NCBI GenBank assembly: GCA_977017575.1
Contig: CDRNVI010000164.1
Location: 1 to 64,000, forward strand
Direction: 5' to 3'
Length of the DNA: 64,000 nucleotides
Origin: Paramoeba atlantica
Lineage: Eukaryota; Protista; Discosea
The notes under the pieces are model-generated. The model saw only the letters and a program-made list of their open reading frames with translations. It ran no database searches and had not been told where the DNA came from. The translations under genes and the position numbers were made by a program. Numbering within the stretch: the stretch's first letter is position 1; every line of letters starts with the position of its first letter. Shown here one piece after another: positions 38,606 through 52,200 of the stretch.

Positions 38606-39560
38606 GTCAGATTGTTGTTGTTGTCGCTTCAGGTTTTCAACCAAAGAATCGCTTCTCTTTTGGTTAAACCATCAAAACCACCACCACCACCACCACCACC
38701 ACCACCACCACTCGCCAGAACACCAACACAACCCCTTACTACACATCAATTCCCATCATCTCAAATAAAGGAAGAAGACACTGGAGCATATTGTTTTGTT
38801 GTCTTATCCGATTGCCCAACCTTCGAAAATACTGTTTCATCTGAAGATTGTCCCATTGAAAGATCCCAATTTCCTCCTTTTGTTCGAATTCAATAAATAT
38901 CTCTTCAACATTGAAACTGAAAGTTCACCCAAAACCCCAAAACAAATGCTTTTCCTTCAAAAAGAACTGAAATCAAAACCTCCAGTAATGTACTTTTATA
39001 AGGTGATGAATTTAACCAAGGTTCAATAATTCCACCACCACCACCACCAAACAACAACCCGCCATGATCCTTATTCTTACTATCGCCATCACAACAACTC
39101 CTACTGCTGTTTCTGTTGCCCGCCATTGCTGCTGCCACCACCACCACCACCATCATTTCGATCATGGTGATGAGAAAAAAAAAGGCATCATCTCATTGAA
39201 GTTCAAAAAAGGTTTGAGGAATGAAGGAATACAAGAACCAACAGCTGAATTATCGAGAGCCCCGAAGCCGTTTCCGTCGAGATGATTGACTTTCCTTTAA
39301 TGAATAATCTGTAATCCCACCACCACCACCCATTCTCAACAGAATTTGTTGTTCTCAACGTATAAGGTAAAAACATGTCTTTTTCGCTCGGATTCATATT
39401 CAACATCAAACGAAGAGAGGAGACAGAGATGTTTCCTTCTCTCCTTCCTCCAGCAGCAGCAGCAGCAGCAGAGGAGTACTAGCAGCAGCTTTCTCCTCCT
39501 CCGTTTCCGTCGTTGTTGTTGTGTGTTGTTGTTGTTGTTGTTGATGAGTTGTCAACGTTG
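38590..39560 (-). pseudogene. Gene relic of unknown function with in-frame TGA stops
   Basis: The frame of ORF 38905..39165 continues about 105 more codons and is broken only by TGA (38905, 38890, 38761, 38746, 38629). Confidence 0.5.
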
Positions 39561-40999
39561 TGTTGTTCTTTGTGGTTGTCTCAAGAAGAGAAGATGTTCA
39601 AAAAAATTCAAAAAAAACCTTTTCGAAAAAAGGTTATCATTGTCCTCTCTCTCGCACCACACCCTTAGTCTTTCCATGTGTACCTCTAAAAAAAGAAAAC
39701 AAGAAAACAAGAAAAAACAAAAATGTTTTTCTTCTTTTCAAAAAAAAATAAATTAATTTTTCACAATAAAAAGAATTCTTTGAAACAAAAAAAGAAAAAA
39801 CCTTTTTTTGAGCTTAAATCCTCTCTCCTCAATATGTTATTCAAACATCAGAAGAAGAGAGAGAAAGAAACACAACTTTTGAACCCCCCTCTCTCTCTCC
39901 GCCCCCCTCCCTTCTTCTCTTGACTTTCATTTGTTTTGAGACTCAAAATGAGAGAAAAGAAAAAATAAATTGAGTATTCAACTTAATCTTTTCTTTTTTT
40001 TTCTCTTTGTTATATTCAACTCTGCTGTTATATTATCGTTGTTGCCTCTTCCTTTAAAAAAAGAAAGAAAGAAAAAGTAATGTTGAATTAGTGTTTTGAA
40101 GGATAAAATGAAAAAAATATTATCTTGTTGTTTTAAATTAAAAAAAAAAAAAAAGAAAACAAAAAACCTTCTTGAAACCTCTTTCTCTTTCTTTCTCTTC
40201 TCTTGAGTCTCTTTCGCTCTTCCCCCCCCCCCGAAACCCTAAATCTCTTTGGATGCCGTCGATTGATTCTCTTCAATAAATCACTAATTACATAAGTTAT
40301 TAAAAAATATCTCTCTTCTTTCATAATATCAAATTAGAACAAACCAGCAAAAAGAAACGATTTATCACTGCTGGAAAAGCTTGATGTTCGCTCTCTCAAC
40401 AAACAATAACAACAACAACAACACATGCATCAATTTTGTGTGAGATGATCTTTCCTCATCTTTCTTTTCCCCCCCCTTTCTTTCGTGGTTTGCCATCATA
40501 ACACATCTTCTCCCTCTCTTTCCCTCTCTTTCCCTCTTCATATACTCACAAGACCAAACATTGACAACACAACAAAAGGATCACTGGAACAACCCAAAAC
40601 CCAAACCCTCTTTTCATTCCAAAAACAAAAACAAAAACAAAAAAAATCAGTGTCCCGAATTAAAAGACACCTTTTCAAATTGTTCATTTTTTTTTTATCA
40701 AAGAATTTTTATTTGTTTCAAAAATAAATATCTTGTTCAAAAGAAACCCAAAAGAAACCCAAACACCCAACAAGATAAAATATGTGTTCATCAAACAATA
40801 GAAATCAAGAAGAGAAAATCCTCAAAGTCAAGCGTACAGTATAATATGACCACGAAATTCATGCGATTTTTGAGCGAAGTCCACAAGTAAGCAGCACCTC
40901 TCACAAGAATTCCTTTTTCACAACTCAACTTGAAGTTTTTGAATAACAATTGTTTTTGTTTGAATAAACAAACAAATAAACAAAAAATCAAAAACTGTA

Positions 41000-41595
41000 A
41001 GCTTTCATTGAATATTCACTTTGGGTTAAAATTCATTGCAGGGTAGGGGTAGTATTCTGTTGCCTGCCATTGACTTTTCCAGAAACAAAAAGTCTGAAAA
41101 GGTGAAGAAAGACTTTCTGCAACGCGGAGTTTTTTCGAGTTGATGAAAGAAATGAAAGACAAACAAATATTTTTTTTCACAGCCCTGATTTAATTAGCCC
41201 CCATTCTTGCCAGTTCTGTGACATCGTTTTCGGGGAATGAGAAAACAGGAATGGGGTGCATTTGTTTTCACTAGCTTGAAGAGATGGATCATATCCCTTT
41301 CAAAGCTCTTTAAAAAAAAAGCTTCTGTGCTAATCTTTTGGAGCTCTTTTTCAAACCCAAAATTCGAAACACTTTTTCGACAACGGCGACGAAAAAATCG
41401 AACAAAAAATCTGGGGGGTTTCATTTGAGAAGAATTGGAGAGGAGTTTACGCGCGGAAAAGGAACGATTTTTGGCTCGGGGTTGTTCTTTTCTCTGGAAA
41501 CCACAGGCCTGAACATTTCTAGGAGAGGTTGGAAGCGCTTTAGATCCACGGGGTGGACTGAAGTTGTGGAAAACTTATCCTAAAAAGTAAGGAGG
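41000..41595 (+). pseudogene. Stop-interrupted upstream part of the dioxygenase gene
   Basis: Same frame as ORF 41596..42666 after a probable 44-nt intron (41139-41182). Stops at 41009 TGA, 41027 TAA, 41191 TAA, 41272 TAG, 41311 TAA and 41581 TAA. Confidence 0.5.
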
Positions 41596-42666
41596 ATGGA
41601 AAGAGAAAAAAAAAACCCTTCCCCCCCCCCAAACAAACGAAGAAAGCTTTTGGAAGAACTCCCTAATGAAAAGCTCCTCTGCCCAAAACCTGGCAACACA
41701 AGAGGCCAAGGACTGAGCGACGAACCGCAACGTGACCTTCCGGCAACCTCAAAGGAATCGATCTCACCAAATGTCTCTGACAACACGAACCCCCCCCCCA
41801 AGAACGAAGAGAAAAAAAAGAACAAGAAATCGAGGTTTTGCATGGATAGAATTCCATTGACCTTAACCAAGAACCAGATGCTTACCTGTGGGTCAGGAAA
41901 AAGGATAGATAAAAACACTTTTTTGAATGTAAACTGCGAGGGAAAGTCTTGCAGGGCACACTTTTTCAAGAAGTTCTTTTCGGAGGACGAAATGCTTCGT
42001 TTGAAAGATCGACTTCTTCAGTGCCCAAAACAATACTGGGAAAGAAAAACAGATAAGAGGGGGACAAGAAGATTTCTTTATTCTGGCCACTGGAAGCATC
42101 GGTTTTACAACCTAGCCTTTGGGGCTGGAAAGGCTGGAAAATTGGAGCTCGAAAACCCGTTTTTGAAAAACATTTTGGTCGAGTTGGGGAAGAAGGTCTC
42201 TCGTGAAGCTTTGTCTCTGAAGAGGCCTGACGTTTATCTTCCCATTCAAGAAGCTGGCTTCGAAGAACAAGACTTTGGGATGTTCCATTTGTTTATGTGT
42301 CCTGCCGGTCGATCTTTTATGCATACAGACGATAACGATTTTGTTTCTTGTATCTTCTCCATCAGTCTTGGATCTGGAGATGGGGACGGGCTTCATATGG
42401 GGGGATGCGGAGTGGACTTCAATTTGCGAGTGGGAGATCTTGTGATTGCAGACACCGATATTTTTTTTCACGGTTCTCCAAGCTACCAAGGAAATGAACA
42501 CCCCAAAATTATTTCGGAAAATGACAGACTGGTGGGTCTCTTTATTCTCCATCGAAAGTTTATGATCATGAAGGGGGTTCCAGCTGATGATTTGGAGAGA
42601 GAACCCTATGAATTTCGAACCATTCCAAACCAAAACCAGAAAAAGAAGAAGGAAGTTGATATTTAA
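41596..42666 (+). CDS. TET/JBP-like 2-oxoglutarate/Fe(II) dioxygenase
   Basis: HxD motif in FMHTDDND, core SCIFSISLG...GDGLHM...VDFNLRVGDLVIAD, distal HGS and C-terminal RLVGLFILH resembling TET RxSxVFYxH. N-terminal basic PPPNKRRK. Intact 356-codon ORF. Confidence 0.72.
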   Translation: MEREKKNPSPPPNKRRKLLEELPNEKLLCPKPGNTRGQGLSDEPQRDLPATSKESISPNVSDNTNPPPKNEEKKKNKKSRFCMDRIPLTLTKNQMLTCGSGKRIDKNTFLNVNCEGKSCRAHFFKKFFSEDEMLRLKDRLLQCPKQYWERKTDKRGTRRFLYSGHWKHRFYNLAFGAGKAGKLELENPFLKNILVELGKKVSREALSLKRPDVYLPIQEAGFEEQDFGMFHLFMCPAGRSFMHTDDNDFVSCIFSISLGSGDGDGLHMGGCGVDFNLRVGDLVIADTDIFFHGSPSYQGNEHPKIISENDRLVGLFILHRKFMIMKGVPADDLEREPYEFRTIPNQNQKKKKEVDI

Positions 42667-42869
42667 TAATTAAATTGTTTATTTTTTTTGTCGTTAGCAC
42701 TCAGTTGAGTCCTCTCTACGAAAATTTTTTCCCCCTTTCTCCACTCTTTTTTCTGAAAAACCAGTTTGATCTTTTGTAAATATTATTCTTTTGCCAAAGG
42801 GTGTTCAGAATAAAAGGAGGAGGAGGGGAGAGGAGGGTGTAGACACAATAATAAAAATAGATTGCTCAC

Positions 42870-44141
42870 AAAGGAAATTTGAGAAAACTTTTTGATTTAT
42901 CAACCTTTTGTTCCGCCCAACTTGGTTCTTTTTTTAGGAAGTGGTTTCTTGGTTTGTTTTTTTCTTTTGTTGCTCTGAGGGAAAGGCAAAAGTTCATTAT
43001 CATAACAACAACAGGGTTCCATTTCATCTGAAGGATTCTCCCAAAAACTATGAGCATACAGGTAATAAAAAAGATGACGTCGAAAACCTTCACAATCGTC
43101 CAAGGTAAAATCCAATCCAAAGTTTTTGATCAGACAAAATCCGACAAAACAAACCATGACTCCACACTCTGTCATGTTCTTGGGGGGGGGGGGTGAGGTG
43201 AGGTGGTGATCAAAGGGGGTTGTGTCAGAAAATATTAAAAACCAAAAAGATTAAACAACAAAAAAAAGGCAAGTTTTTTAACCTGACCCTGCTGTGGGGT
43301 TGTTGGTGAGCTATGAATAAATTCTGGGGGTTGTTCTTCTGGGGGTATTTCCTCTTAAAATCATTTAACAACAATACCTAAAAGATGAGAAGGGTAAAAA
43401 AAAAAAAAACTTAAGCTGAAAAGAAAGAAACAAAAAAATGAAAGAGAAAAGAACTGAAAGGTTCTTCGAATAAAAGGAATTTTTGTGGTAGAGACTGTCA
43501 TAACAATCAAGAACGACCCTTCTTTTCTGTTCACAAATATACCCTACAAGAAGGATCCAATGATTCTGGCTTACAAGACAAGGCAGGTAAAACGTTTTAT
43601 AATCCCAGATAACCACTTTCTATAAATTCAAAACAATTATTGGCAAGAAGATAGATATGGGGGAAAATTGAAAAACAAAAGAAAATAAAAAAAACTTACT
43701 TCCAAATAAGTTTGAGTTTGTTTTTGATACTGTTGTGTGTCATCTAACATAAAAGTGGGAAGTTCAACCAGTTCATCCTTCAGAGCATTTCCCTTTAGGA
43801 GAACTTGAAAGTAGAGACTGACTATCTGATAAAAAAAAGAAAAAGATAATCAGCAAAAGAGGGGGAGGGCTTGAGTGAAAAGGAAATTCAATAAAAGAAA
43901 TATTTTCCTTTTGAACCTGTTCACTCAGTGGACTTGTTAAAATACTCTTAAAATCACTCGGGGAAATGGGGTATCCACCGCTGAGGGTGGATACCCCAAA
44001 ATAGAACTGTGTCTGCATTCCATAAGATTCCAAGTTTCTTTTTGGAATTTCAAGTTGTTTTTCAGTTGGAATAAATCTTTTCCAACGCTGTAGCTCGTGA
44101 TCTTTAAAAATTAAAGTTTCAACTAATTGCTTGATACGCAT
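42870..44141 (-). CDS. Ulp1/SENP-like (peptidase C48) domain exons
   Basis: YLPCLVSQNHWILLV (His, about 43560), CYDSL (Asp, about 43495), TPQQGQ spliced to NMTECGVMVC (Gln, Cys about 43165), then FTLDDCEGFRRHL. Confidence 0.75.
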
Positions 44142-44164
44142 TAACTCCTTCCTTCCTTTCTTTT

Positions 44165-45620
44165 CTAATGTAGTATTATGTGGATCAGCCTTGAAACAAA
44201 GAAGAAAATAAAGTCAATTTTAAGAGAAAAACAAAAGTATGATGAACCAAACCAAACCCCCATTTCTTGAAAAACATCCTCTTTTGATGCCTTTAATCGA
44301 GATATCATCCCTTCATTATGAGTATGGCAAGAGGCACTCGGATATATTGAAATCTTGGAAGGGTATCCTTTTCCTTCCTTTTGATTCTCCCATTTTGCTG
44401 TCTCTGCATGTGTACTGGGTATAAAAGAGGGAGAGAATGAGGAGGAGGAGGAGGAGGAGGAGGATGAGAGAGAAGGAGAAAGAGAGAGAGAAGATGAATG
44501 AGAAGAAAAAGAAGAATGAGAAGAACGAAAATTTGAAGGAGAATGAGAAATAGAAGGAAAAGAAGGAAAAGAAGGAGAAGGGGACAATGAGGGAGCTGAA
44601 GGAAACAGAGAAGGAGGAGAAGAAAATGGAGAAGAAGAGAAAGAAGGAGAACAAAGAGAACTGAGAGGGGAAGAAAAAGAAAGAGAAGGGGAGAATGAGG
44701 GAGAAGGAGAAGGAGAAAATGGAGAAGGAGAAGAAGAAAATGGCGAAGAAGAAGAAGAAAATGGCAAAGAAGGAGAAGGAGAAAATGGAGAAGACAGAGA
44801 AGAAGGAGGAGAAGAAGAGAAAGAAGGAGACTGAAGAGAAAAAGAAAGAGAAGACAACTGATGAAAAGAAGGCAATAGGGGAGATGAGGAAAACAGAGAA
44901 GGAGAAGAAGAAGAAGGAAAACTTGCAAAAGGAGAAAGAACTGGCGAGTGTGAAAAACAGGGACTTGGAGAGAAAGAAGGAGGATGAGAATGAACTGGGA
45001 AAGGAATAAAAGAAGATGGAAAATTACTCATTTTTGGGGTTGATGATGGGGGAAAAAGAGTTGTGGAAGATTGGGAAAGAGAAAAGGGAGGGGAAGAAAT
45101 GTGGATTGGAGGGGATGTGGTTTGGAAAGAAGGAGATGGAGAAGGAAAAGAAGAATGTGAACTTCCTGAGAGATGAGTGGAAGGAGAGAAATTACTTTGG
45201 GATGGGAGTGGAAAGGAAGAATGGGAAAAAGGAAATTGAGAGTTTTTTCCTGGTGATTGAGAAAGAGAAGAAGGGGAAGGGGAAGGGGAAGGGGAAGGGG
45301 AAGGGGAAGGGGAAGGGGAAGGGGAAGGGGAAGGGGAAGGGGAAGGGGAAGGGGAAGGGGAAGGGGAAGGGGAAGGGGAAGGGGAAGGGGAAGAGAGGTT
45401 AATTGGAGTGGTTTGGGAAGACATGTAGTGTGATGAAGGGTTGAGAGAGCGGGTGTTGTGACGATGAGAAGAGGATTGATAATTTGTTATTGGATCCAAA
45501 GTATCCTGAAGGGGCTGGCTACACAAAGAAGCATACTGATAAGCTGATTTGCAGGCAACAGAATTAGGTAGTTTTGTTCTTTTGAGGAGGGGGGGTTGCT
45601 TTGAAGAACCAGAGGGAACA
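44165..45620 (-). CDS. Ser/Pro-rich linker exon between the transposase and Ulp1 domains
   Basis: Open frame from a probable acceptor near 45635 through ORF 44165..45526. Includes a (GGGGAA)n tract at 45273-45391. Confidence 0.5.
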
Positions 45621-45759
45621 AGTTTTGAGGAGTGACCCTGATTTTGGTAGAAGGAAAGAATTATTAGAAATCTGCTTTTGAGTTTTCATATTTTATTTTT
45701 AAAAAAAACAATTTGAAATTTTCAGAAAACAACAAATTTGGGGGAAAAAAGGGTCAACA

Positions 45760-48700
45760 AAAAATACCTCACGAATAAGTCGAGAAGGTTCATTTGCACT
45801 TATTTTGCTTGCTCTGTTTTCAAGTTTTTTCTCTGATCTCAATGCCTCACTTCGCTCCATCATCCCTTTGATCAAGGCATTCATTTGGATTGAAAAAGTT
45901 CCTTTCTCTTGACTGCTCACTCCTTGCCTACGTCTACCTCCAAATGGCTTTTGGGCCCAACAATGAGAACGAGCTGCAAGAATGGCTCCTTCAATTGCAA
46001 ATCCTGCTCTTCGTGGAAGAGGGTATCTGTGTTGTGTATGTCAGAGGGGAGTGACTTTATTCTGTGTTACAGAAAAACTGAAAATCAAAAAAGAAGAATG
46101 GATATTATGAACCATCATTTTTAAAATTTTTCAACACCACAAAAATAATAAAGAAAAAACAAACCTCAATAACTCCCAATGAAGGTGATCATGGAGGGTA
46201 TGTAAATAAGGAGCCCAATAAAGAGGGGAGAAATTACATTCGTTATATTTTCTTCCCCAAAGAAGGGAAGCCTTTCGGACAATATTGATCTCCTGGTGAG
46301 AGAGTTGATATGGGGCTGAAGCCATTTGGAGAATGTCATAAGTCAACGTTAGAAACTCATATTCTGGTTCAAATGTGTTTCGTTCTGAATCTCCAATTAA
46401 AACATCGATGATCGATAAATCAAAATCTGAATAACAAAAATCATGAAAAAACTTTTGAAATTTTTTTTTCTTAATAAAATTATTTGATCAAAAAAAGAGA
46501 GTTTTTGTTTGTTTGGAAAAAACAAGAAATAGTAAATCAACCTTTTGCATTCAACAAAGCTGCATTAAACGTCGAAAAAGGAAGGACTTCTGGTTCCTCT
46601 TGTTCATGTGAAATGCTTTTGACTTTTTCACTTTAGAGATTTGAATCCATCCATTCAGCTAATTTAATAAGATATTCATCATAAAGAAAATCAACAGCTC
46701 CTTTTCGGGCTAAAATAAATGATTTTTTTTGAAAACAAAAATATATTGTCAGTTGCAGAAAAATAAAGAGAGAGAATGTAATAATTAAGATATTCAAAAA
46801 AAAAAAAAAAGTATTTCAAAAAATATTATTCTTTTTTTATTATTCATAAAATTTTAAAAATAAAGAAGATATCAAAGAAAGAAGAGAAGAATAAACCAAC
46901 CAGTTTTATTGGGGAAACCCCTTAAAATCTTGATCCATTGAACGTAACTGGGTCTTACTTTTTTGATTCTCTCCCAAAGGTTGAATACCTTTTGTGATGG
47001 ATCTGGAATTTTCACTCCTCCAATGAGATAAAAAGCAATTCGAATCGTTAAATCATGAGGTGAATCTATTTTCTTTTTCAATGAGAATCTTATTCTTTTC
47101 AAAAGTATTATTTTCAAAATATTCTTTTTTTAACTTACACGGAGAAACATCCATCACAAAAAGTTTAACAACATTTCTACAAGTCCCTTCAACAAAGTGG
47201 ATCAAGTCCAAGTTGTGGTCCCATGGTTGCGATGGAGTGATTGGAGGATTTCTCATTCCCATTTGATTCATAAATTTTGCAAGACTGTTCTTGGATCCCT
47301 CCCAGCCCTGAACCAATTGAAAATCGCTTTTTTTTTGTTCTAAAGTCCACCATGTATGTTTTTGATCCAAGTTACCAACAAGATTAATTGCCAGTTCATC
47401 ATCAGCCTCAGCAAAACTTTCAAAGATACTATAACCACCAAATTGATTATCCCAAAAGTGATGCTGACAAAAAAATATGGGCGGGGGGGTGGATGTTAGT
47501 AAAAACAAAATTATTTTTTTTAGTTGAAATTATTTTTTTTTTCTTAATTATTTTTGAAATTTTTCTTCTTTTATTTTCTTATTCATTTTTATGGAGTAAA
47601 TTATTTTAATAATTTTTTGGAAGAAGCTGCAAACCTTTGTATGATCATCCCAAAGCCCTCCATCATCCTTATCTCGAACAATGTTACAACGCCAACAAGG
47701 CCTTTTTGATGTGTGATGAAACATTGATTTGCCACCATGACCAAAAAGAAGTGAAGAGCATAACATGTCATGTGTTTCAGTGAATGAAATTGTTCGTTCC
47801 TTGAAATCTGAACACTGAATCTTTTTCTAATAAAAATCACAAAAGAGCGCCAAGAGAAGAAAGAGAGAGGAGAGAGGGGAAAGAAAAAGTAGGTAAAAAA
47901 GAGAGGAAAATTAATGAAATTAATATCAAACGAAAAATTAAATTAATTTTTTTTAAAAAAAAAATTAAAAAAGTCAAAAATTAAATTAAATTAATATTAA
48001 TATTAATATTAATATTAAATTAAAAGCATTACAAAAAAATACTTACCTGGTAAATCATCTGATAAATCGGAGATATCTCTTCTTGAAAGGTTTTAAAGCT
48101 CTCTTTCATTACAAAGACACCCAAACTTAAATTGAGGACTGCTCTCCAAGTTCGAGTTCCTTTTGCCCACCACTCTTCATCACCACGTATCAATTTCACA
48201 ACAACTCCTTTGTTCCTTCGATCAAAAGAACCCCCATCAGCAGAAAAGATCATCTTCAGCTTTAAATTTTCCTCTGCATTAGCAACACCACCAATAGTCG
48301 CTTCTTCTTGGTGATTCATGTTGTTGTTCACCCGATCATATTCATCCCAAAGAGGATACTTGTTGCCCTCCCAATCATCATCAAACATTCTATTCACTTC
48401 ACCCTCAACATCATTCACTCTCCAACCATGGTCTGTTTTTTCCAAGGGAATCTGATCTTTTAGTTTTTGGAACCAATACTTGAACTGACAATCTGAAAAT
48501 TCCCAACCCAGTTCAGAATTAAGACCTCGAATCTAATACCTAGTAAGACCCAATCTTAGAAACAATCTTCCAAAAAACTCTGCCTTTTCCTGTTTTTTCA
48601 TACACCGATATTTTTTTGATACTTCTTGCGCATCATTTGGGAGTCCAAAAAAGTTTCTAATCTGTTGTTTCTGAGAAAAACCACTCCTCCCCCTCCTTGC

Positions 48701-49207
48701 ATTTCCATCATCCAACTGAAAGAGTTTCTCTAAGACTTCAACAATCTGAGAAGTGTTGCAATCACTTAAAAGCTGAGCCAAGAAAGAGGTTGGATTTTCA
48801 AAACCAAGTGATCCCACAGCTTCATTCACCCAGTTGGTTCGGAGGAATTTCTCATCTGAGGAACTATGGTGATGGCAAGGAGCAGTCACAGGAGGAGTAA
48901 AAGTGGCGGTGGTGGTGGTGGTGGTAAAGGTACTGTTGGAAGCAGCAATGGGGAGTGTGGTGGTGGTGGTGGTGGTGGAAAAAGAAGAGGTGGTACCACC
49001 TCTTCTTCTAGTCTAAAAAACAGAAATTATTTTTCTTGCAGTGTCATCACTTAACTTGACTTGAAGAATAAAAAGACTCTTCTCTTTGCAAAAAAAAAAG
49101 ACCTGTTCCTGTTGTCCTTGTTGTGGAAAAACTTGAGGAATCGCTCCCATACCCATCATACTCTCAGCAGTTTGATCAACAGCAGCAGCAGCTCTTTCTA
49201 ATTCCAA
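45760..49207 (-). mobile_element. EnSpm/CACTA (CMC)-like DDE transposase, multi-exon, with four in-frame stops
   Basis: MIFSADGGSF (D, about 48237), THDML...GHGG...CWRC (about 47690-47775), WDHNLDLIHFVEG (about 47200), YLHTLHDHL (about 46180) and GFAIEG (E, about 45990). Stops at 49013 TAG, 48533 TAG, 46633 TAA and 46041 TGA. Confidence 0.7.
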
Positions 49208-49269
49208 ACACCAAATTCTTTCAGAATAGCAACACTTTCAAACCCACCAAAAAGAAAAAAGACAAACAG

Positions 49270-52200
49270 AAACTTTAAACCCACCCAACTACACACACAC
49301 ACACAGGTGAGAGAGAGAGAACTCTGGAGAAAGAGAAAAGAAAAAAGATTAGTGTTAAAAAAGGAAGGAAGGGGAGGAGGGAAAGGGGAGGGATAAAATG
49401 AATGTGGTAATCTTTATAATACATGCACACATCATTGATATTTGACAAACAACCTCTCAATAATCGATAAGGGTTTAGGGTGTCCATTCACCTTGCAATC
49501 CAACACACACACAAACACTTTCGTGCACAACACTCTCAACACTCTCCAAGAGTGTGCTTTGGGAGAGCAAAACGCAGCCAGGACCAAAAAATGGAGCCCA
49601 CACCAGCAAGTTAGAGAAAGGCACTGGTTTGTCAAAGTAAAATCATGCACAGTTAATCCCAACTACTTCCAAGGAGGAAACTCACGGGGGTTCCAGAGTT
49701 CCATCGAAAAATCCCAACTTCAAACCCAAAGAGAGACAACCAAAAAAAAAAAAACAGCGAAAAGGGTGTCCCCCCCTTGGTGTGTCCCTTCTGAGAAAAA
49801 CAGAAACTGACTGGAGAAAGAAAGGGGTTTCATTGAATGGAGGGGGAAATATGAGGGGAAAAACACAAAGAAAAAGAATCAAAGAAAACATATATGACCA
49901 AAAACAAACACTAAAACCCCCGATGAGATTCACAACAACAACAACATGATGGTGGAAGTGGGGTGATAGAGCACAGAGCAGGGGGGGCATCCTCCGACAA
50001 ACTCAACAATCAGACATTAACAAAAACAAACTCTCGGTTTAAGTTCTCCTTTTATATTAAGAATTCTATGAATTTCCAACAAACATCTTAACAACAAAGG
50101 AACAATACAACAGCAATTTGTGATGAAACACAAATAAAGACCATCCAAAACGCTCCCTAAACCCTTTTGGGAAAACCCGAAGGAAACACAAAACAACACA
50201 TCAAATCAGGAAGCATCTTTGTGAGTCGCAACACACACACACACTTTGATATTTTTAACAAACAATAACAATCTCTCGATATATTGATAAAGGGTTTTAG
50301 GCTGTCCATTCACCTTACGATTGGTGGGGGGAGGGGATATGGCAGGAAGGAACTAAAAGGGAAAGAGAAAAGGAAAAGATTAGTGTTCAAAGGAATGAAG
50401 GAGGGATAGAAGAAAAAAAAGAGGAAGAGAATAAAAGAAAACAAACATAACAGTTATGCAACGATGGTGGTGGAGATCAATGGCAATCTTTGTGACATAT
50501 TTGATAAACAATCTCTCGATATATTGATAATATTGGTGTCCATTCACTTTGCAATCCAACACACAAACCCTTACCTCAATTAAAACACCTCACAAACCTG
50601 ATGAGAACTGAAAGAGAAAAGAGAAAAGAGAAAAAAGAAAAGAGAAAGGAAGGATTTCGTTCAGTTCAATGTAAGGGGGAAAAGGGAAGAAATACAAAGC
50701 AAAACAAAAACAAAACAAAAACAAAAATAAAACCAATGAATTTTACAACAATATATTATTATAGAAGTTGGTGTGGATCAATTAAAACAAAAAAAAACAG
50801 AGAACTGCCAGTTCAAAAAACAAAAAAAGAGAGAGAGAAAACCAGATGATTGTTTGGGGCTTTTGAAAAATTATTGTCGAATATTTTAGGAACAACACAC
50901 GTCGTGAAACAGCAGCACACTTCCGGAACACAAGAAGTCAAGAAATTATCCAACAATAACAATGACATCTCTCTTTTTTTTAAAAAAAAAAAACATAATC
51001 AGGAAAAAAGAGAGAAAAGAGAGGGAAAAGAGAGGGAAAAGAGAGGGAAAAGAGGAAAGAAAAAGAAAACCAGAAAAGGAGAGTGAACACACAACAAAGC
51101 CTTTGAAGAAGAGAAACATGATTCTTTTTTTTAACAAATATATTTACTTGCTGATTACAAAACTCATCTCCCTTCGAAAAAAAAAATCAGTTTGGAACAA
51201 CAATTAAAAGAAAAGAAAAAGAAAAAGAAAGAGAAAAAAGAAGAAAAGAAAGAAAAGAAAAGAAAACCAAAAAAAACATTGTAAAAACTGTTCAAACTAA
51301 GGAAACAAAATTTTAGAATCTTATTTGGTGAGAAGAAAGAGAACAAAAAGGACACATCAAGAGGAGGGGGTAGGAGAAAACAAAAAGAAAACAGAAACAA
51401 AAAAGAAATGATCTATCAATCGTCAAACGAATGGAGAGAAAAGACAGTCAAACCAAAAAAAATCAAAACAACCACCTTTTATCACGAAAAGGAGGGGGGA
51501 AACACAAAGAAGGAGGAGAATAAAAGAAAACAAAAAAAAAAGAAAACAAACACTAAACACCATGATTCGCAATAATAATAATTGGTAACGGCGAAATATT
51601 ATCACTTCAAACCTTATCAATTAAAACCCCAACAAACACCCACAAGCAAGAGAGAGAGAGAACTCTGGAGAAAGAGAAAAGAGAAAAGATTAGTGTTAAA
51701 AGGAATGAGGGGGAGAGAGGGAGGAAAAAGAGGAAGAGAATAAAAGAAAACAAACCCTTCATATAACAATGCAACAATGATGGTGGAGATCAATGGTTTC
51801 TTTGTGACACACACACTACTGATATATTGACAAACAATCTCTCTTAATATTGAGGCAATTCAACACACAAACACTTTTGCACGCAACAACAACACTCCCC
51901 AAGAGCTCTTTGCAACGCAACAGCAAAGTGTATTGCTTGATCATCACCCAAAACCCTTTCAATCAAGACCCACATCTTGAATGTGGGAATAGCAGCAGCA
52001 GGAATAAGTGGTTTTAAAATCCTTATCAATTAAAACACCTCACAAACCCTGATGAGAACTGAAAGAGAAAAGAGAAAAGAGAAAAGAGAAAAGAGAAAAG
52101 AGAAAAGAGAAAGGATTTCGTTCAGTTCGACGGAAGAAATACAAAACAAAACAAAAACAAAACAAAAACAAAAATAAAACCAATGAATTTTATAATAATA

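Noticed and set aside
38590-49207. A non-standard genetic code as the general explanation for in-frame stops
   Set aside because: All three stop types occur, missense changes show the same transition bias, and the 1537-codon exon has many Gln and Trp codons with no TAR or TGA and ends at TGA.
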